DNA of 59,798 nt, filler included. It is 5 parts of 5 records of this genome, joined end to end, with 100 filler letters (N's around TTAATTAATTAA, not from the genome) between each part and the next. Parts side by side here need not be neighbours in the genome. Positions count along the whole stretch, not along the records: positions 54,323 to 59,798 come from DRR723986_6645; 4 more parts are not named here. One strand, given 5' to 3'. Position numbers and translations under genes: made by a program. Of the stretch, positions 56,968 through 59,798 are shown in pieces (position 1 is the first letter of the stretch; each line of letters starts with the position of its first letter). The notes beneath the pieces were generated by a model. That model searched no databases and was not told the DNA's origin. It saw only the letters and a list, made by a program, of their open reading frames with translations.

Positions 56968-59082
56968 TCACCTTGCCTGCGGCACCCATGGCCGACGCCC
57001 CTGCAGGCGGCGGGACGTTTCAAGTTGCACCCCTCCCTCTCCGAAACTCAGCGCCACCGCGCCGCTTTCAGCCAGGAAATCCGGGCCGATCACCACGCAG
57101 CCCGCCGCATCCGTGACCTCAGCCATCACTGCACCGAACCCTGTGGTCTGGCGCACGACCGGAGCCTGCCCCATGGGTATGACAGCTGCTTCCGACGTGA
57201 TCACCCAGTCATGGCGCAGACAGGCGCGGTTCAGATCCGCTTCTGCCTGCCGCCCAACCCCGTGCCAGATCGACATATCCGCCAGCGCCAGCGCCATGCC
57301 CGCACCATCCTCGATCCAGCCGGATCGCGCGGCGGCACGGGCCTGATCCGCGTCGTCCCCGTCATTTTCCAGCCACAGCCCGGCGACGAACCCATCCCCG
57401 CGTGCACGGCTGAGAGCACGGCCATCCTCGGCCAGCATCCCAACCAACCGTCCCGATGGCGAAATCAGCACTGTCGGGCGCTCGCCGCCGGTCCAGAGTA
57501 TCAGCGCCAACGCCACCGGGGCCAATCCGGTCCAGCGCCCGCGTCCACGCCACAAGATGACAAGCAACGCCCCGAGGGTCAGCACCGGCAGCACCGAAGG
57601 CGGCGGCATGACGATGGTGCGCACCGCCCCCTCCATCCCTGCGATGCGCTCCGCCACGCCGAGGATCCAGGCCAGCCCAGCCTCCATTGCGCGGAAGGCG
57701 ATCCAATCCAGCCCTAGGGGCCAAAGCAGCACGGCAACCACGGCGGCGGGAATCACAAGGCTGCCCATGACCGGTACGGTCAGCAGGTTCGCAGCCAGCC
57801 CGTAGGCCGCCAACATGTTGAAATGCGCGGCCGAAAAGGGCGCCGTGGCCAGCCCCGCCACGGACGAGGACAAAACCAGCCCCGTCAGCCAGCGCGCCCA
57901 TGCAGGCCACGCACGCAACCGTTCGATGCGAGAAACTCCGTTGAAGACCGCCACAAGTGCGGTGGTTGCGGCAAAGCTCATCTGGAACCCCGGACCAAGC
58001 AGCGATTCCGGGCGATGCGTCAACACGATCAGCGCCGCGATGGCGACCGAGCGCAGCGTCACGGCGCGGCGGTCCAACAACACGGCCGCGAACATGACCG
58101 CCACCTGAATGAACGCGCGTTCTGTGGCGACATTGCCTCCCGCCAGCGCCAGGTAGAACGCGCCCGCGGCGAGCGCACCGACGGCGGCGATCTTCTTGGT
58201 TGGCACCCGTAGGGCAAGGGGCGGGATCAGTGCCAGGCCAGCGCGCAGGCACAGGAAGACGAAGCCGGTCAGCAGCCCCATATGCAGGCCTGAGATGGCC
58301 AGAAGATGCGCGATATTCGTGCGTCGCAGGGTGTCCAGCGTTTCGGTCGAAATGCCCGATCGGTCGCCTGTCAGGACAGCGGCCGCGAACGCGCCGGGTT
58401 CGCCTGAAATCCTGTCCTGCACGGCTTGCGACAGGCGCATGCGCAGGTGAAGCAGCGGCAGGGCACCGTCGGGGCGCGGCTCCAGCAGCAGGGCGGGATT
58501 GCGGGTGTAGCCGACCGCGCCGATGGACAGGAACCAGGCATGGCGCTGAAAGTCGAAACCTCCGGGTTCACCGGGGCCTTCGGGGCGCGACAGATGGCCG
58601 GTCAGGGCAATGCGGGCGCCGGGTTCCGGCCTCAGGTAGCTTTGATCCCCGTGCAGAGAGACGCGCACCCGCAAGGGAATTCGGGCCGGATCGGTGTCGG
58701 ACAGCACCACCCTGTCCAACGTCAACCGCAGCCGGTCAGAGGCGGACCGGTCGACCGCCACGATCCGGCCCTCAATGGGGCCGTAATAGCGAAAGCCAAG
58801 GACCGGCCCGGCCACCTGCCCGGTGCGCAGCCCCGCCACACACAGCCCAAGCGCCACCAGCAGGGCCGCCGTCGCCAGCGGCCCGAGCGTTTCTCGACGC
58901 ATACGGCCAAGGATCGCGGCCAGAAGGGCCGTTGCCCCCGCCACGCCATAAACCGCGCGCCCCGGTTCCACTGGCAAGCTGAAATAGAGCGCCACCCCAA
59001 GCCCGAAGAAGACCGGAGACCAGGGCATCAGATACCCCCGCTGGCCCTGCTGGACCGCATTCAGCCATTGCCACAGCCGCAC
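56968..59082 (-). CDS. comEC: ComEC/Rec2 competence protein
   Basis: PGGFDF, AHLLAISGLHMG, ATERAF, GFQMSF. Confidence 0.93.
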   Translation of the reverse strand: MRLWQWLNAVQQGQRGYLMPWSPVFFGLGVALYFSLPVEPGRAVYGVAGATALLAAILGRMRRETLGPLATAALLVALGLCVAGLRTGQVAGPVLGFRYYGPIEGRIVAVDRSASDRLRLTLDRVVLSDTDPARIPLRVRVSLHGDQSYLRPEPGARIALTGHLSRPEGPGEPGGFDFQRHAWFLSIGAVGYTRNPALLLEPRPDGALPLLHLRMRLSQAVQDRISGEPGAFAAAVLTGDRSGISTETLDTLRRTNIAHLLAISGLHMGLLTGFVFLCLRAGLALIPPLALRVPTKKIAAVGALAAGAFYLALAGGNVATERAFIQVAVMFAAVLLDRRAVTLRSVAIAALIVLTHRPESLLGPGFQMSFAATTALVAVFNGVSRIERLRAWPAWARWLTGLVLSSSVAGLATAPFSAAHFNMLAAYGLAANLLTVPVMGSLVIPAAVVAVLLWPLGLDWIAFRAMEAGLAWILGVAERIAGMEGAVRTIVMPPPSVLPVLTLGALLVILWRGRGRWTGLAPVALALILWTGGERPTVLISPSGRLVGMLAEDGRALSRARGDGFVAGLWLENDGDDADQARAAARSGWIEDGAGMALALADMSIWHGVGRQAEADLNRACLRHDWVITSEAAVIPMGQAPVVRQTTGFGAVMAEVTDAAGCVVIGPDFLAESGAVALSFGEGGVQLETSRRLQGRRPWVPQAR

Positions 59083-59201
59083 TTGCCACCCCTTCCGGGC
59101 TTGCCTAAACCTGCGCTCAGATGACTGTGCCGCCTCATGGTTGCCAAAGTGTTAACGCCCGGCCCCGGATCACCGGGCACGGGCCCCGGAAAGGACCATA
59201 G

Positions 59202-59798
59202 ATGACCTCTGACGTCGTGACCCGCTTCGCCCCTTCGCCCACGGGCTTTCTGCATATCGGCGGCGCGCGCACGGCGCTGTTCAACTGGCTCTATGCGCGC
59301 GGGCGCGGGGGCACCTTTCTGCTGCGGATCGAAGATACCGACCGGGAACGGTCCACGCCCGAAGCAACGCAAGCTATTCTGAACGGCCTGACCTGGCTTG
59401 GGCTGGATTGGGATGGCGAGCCAATCAGCCAGTTTGCCCGCTGCGACCGCCATGCAGAGGTGGCGCGCGAGATGCTGGCGGCGGGTCACGCCTATAAATG
59501 CTTTGCCACTCAGGACGAAATTCAGGCCTTCCGCGATGCCGCCAAGGCCGAGGGGCGCTCGACCCTGTTCCTCAGCCCCTGGCGTGACGTGGCTGAGGCC
59601 GACCACCCCGACCTGCCCTTCGTGATCCGGCTCAAGGCCCCGCGCGAGGGCGTGACGGTGATCCGCGATCAGGTGCAGGGTGACGTCACGATCCGCAACG
59701 ATCAGCTCGACGACATGATCCTGCTGCGGTCCGATGGCACACCCACCTACATGCATGCGGTGGTGGTCGATGATCACGATATGGGCGTCACCCATGTG
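59202..59798 (+). CDS. gltX: Glutamate--tRNA ligase (3' truncated by window edge)
   Basis: [30 protein letters not shown]...LRIEDTD; absent from the ORF track. Confidence 0.95.
   Translation, partial: MTSDVVTRFAPSPTGFLHIGGARTALFNWLYARGRGGTFLLRIEDTDRERSTPEATQAILNGLTWLGLDWDGEPISQFARCDRHAEVAREMLAAGHAYKCFATQDEIQAFRDAAKAEGRSTLFLSPWRDVAEADHPDLPFVIRLKAPREGVTVIRDQVQGDVTIRNDQLDDMILLRSDGTPTYMHAVVVDDHDMGVTHV

Noticed and set aside
54323-59082. Functional link of lexA/comEC or pepN with the satellite
   Set aside because: Separated by artificial linkers; adjacency is not genomic
1-59798. CRISPR array, rRNA or complete tRNA gene
   Set aside because: No regularly spaced repeat-spacer array or rRNA seen; only two partial tRNA-Met fragments at the ends of contig 4

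Overview
The window is not one locus. It is five contigs joined by artificial N44-TTAATTAATTAA-N44 linkers, and they probably come from more than one alphaproteobacterium. Contig 1 (1-22006) holds Roseobacter-type housekeeping genes: the end of the atp F0 operon, LysR/DMT, a FadR-type regulator, an aminotransferase, smc, cobC/cobD, three tandem def genes, fmt and rnhA. Contig 2 (22107-30450) is GC-richer and Hyphomonadaceae/Caulobacterales-like: secA, murB, a TonB-dependent receptor, ddl and ftsQAZ. Contig 3 (30551-36642) has pntA, a catalytically degenerate RAYT transposase, a puuD-like gene, glcG, glcB and pepN. Contig 4 (36743-54222) is the main result: an apparently complete ~17.5 kb element bounded at both ends by tRNA-Met(CAT) att sequence. 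It encodes an integrase, MerR-like and AlpA-like regulators, a primase-polymerase/helicase, an iteron origin, a lambda-like cos, TerS/TerL(GpA), a lambda portal, a protease-capsid fusion, gpW and DUF2190, but no tail or lysis genes. This fits a capsid-forming phage satellite with a lambda-type head module. It carries two candidate defence cargos: a two-methyltransferase plus HNH cassette inserted between terL and portal, and a HExxH-peptidase/HicA-like fusion next to the integrase. Contig 5 (54323-59798) has the trpC end, moaC, moeA, lexA, comEC and the gltX start. All family calls are by eye from motifs; no database search was run.
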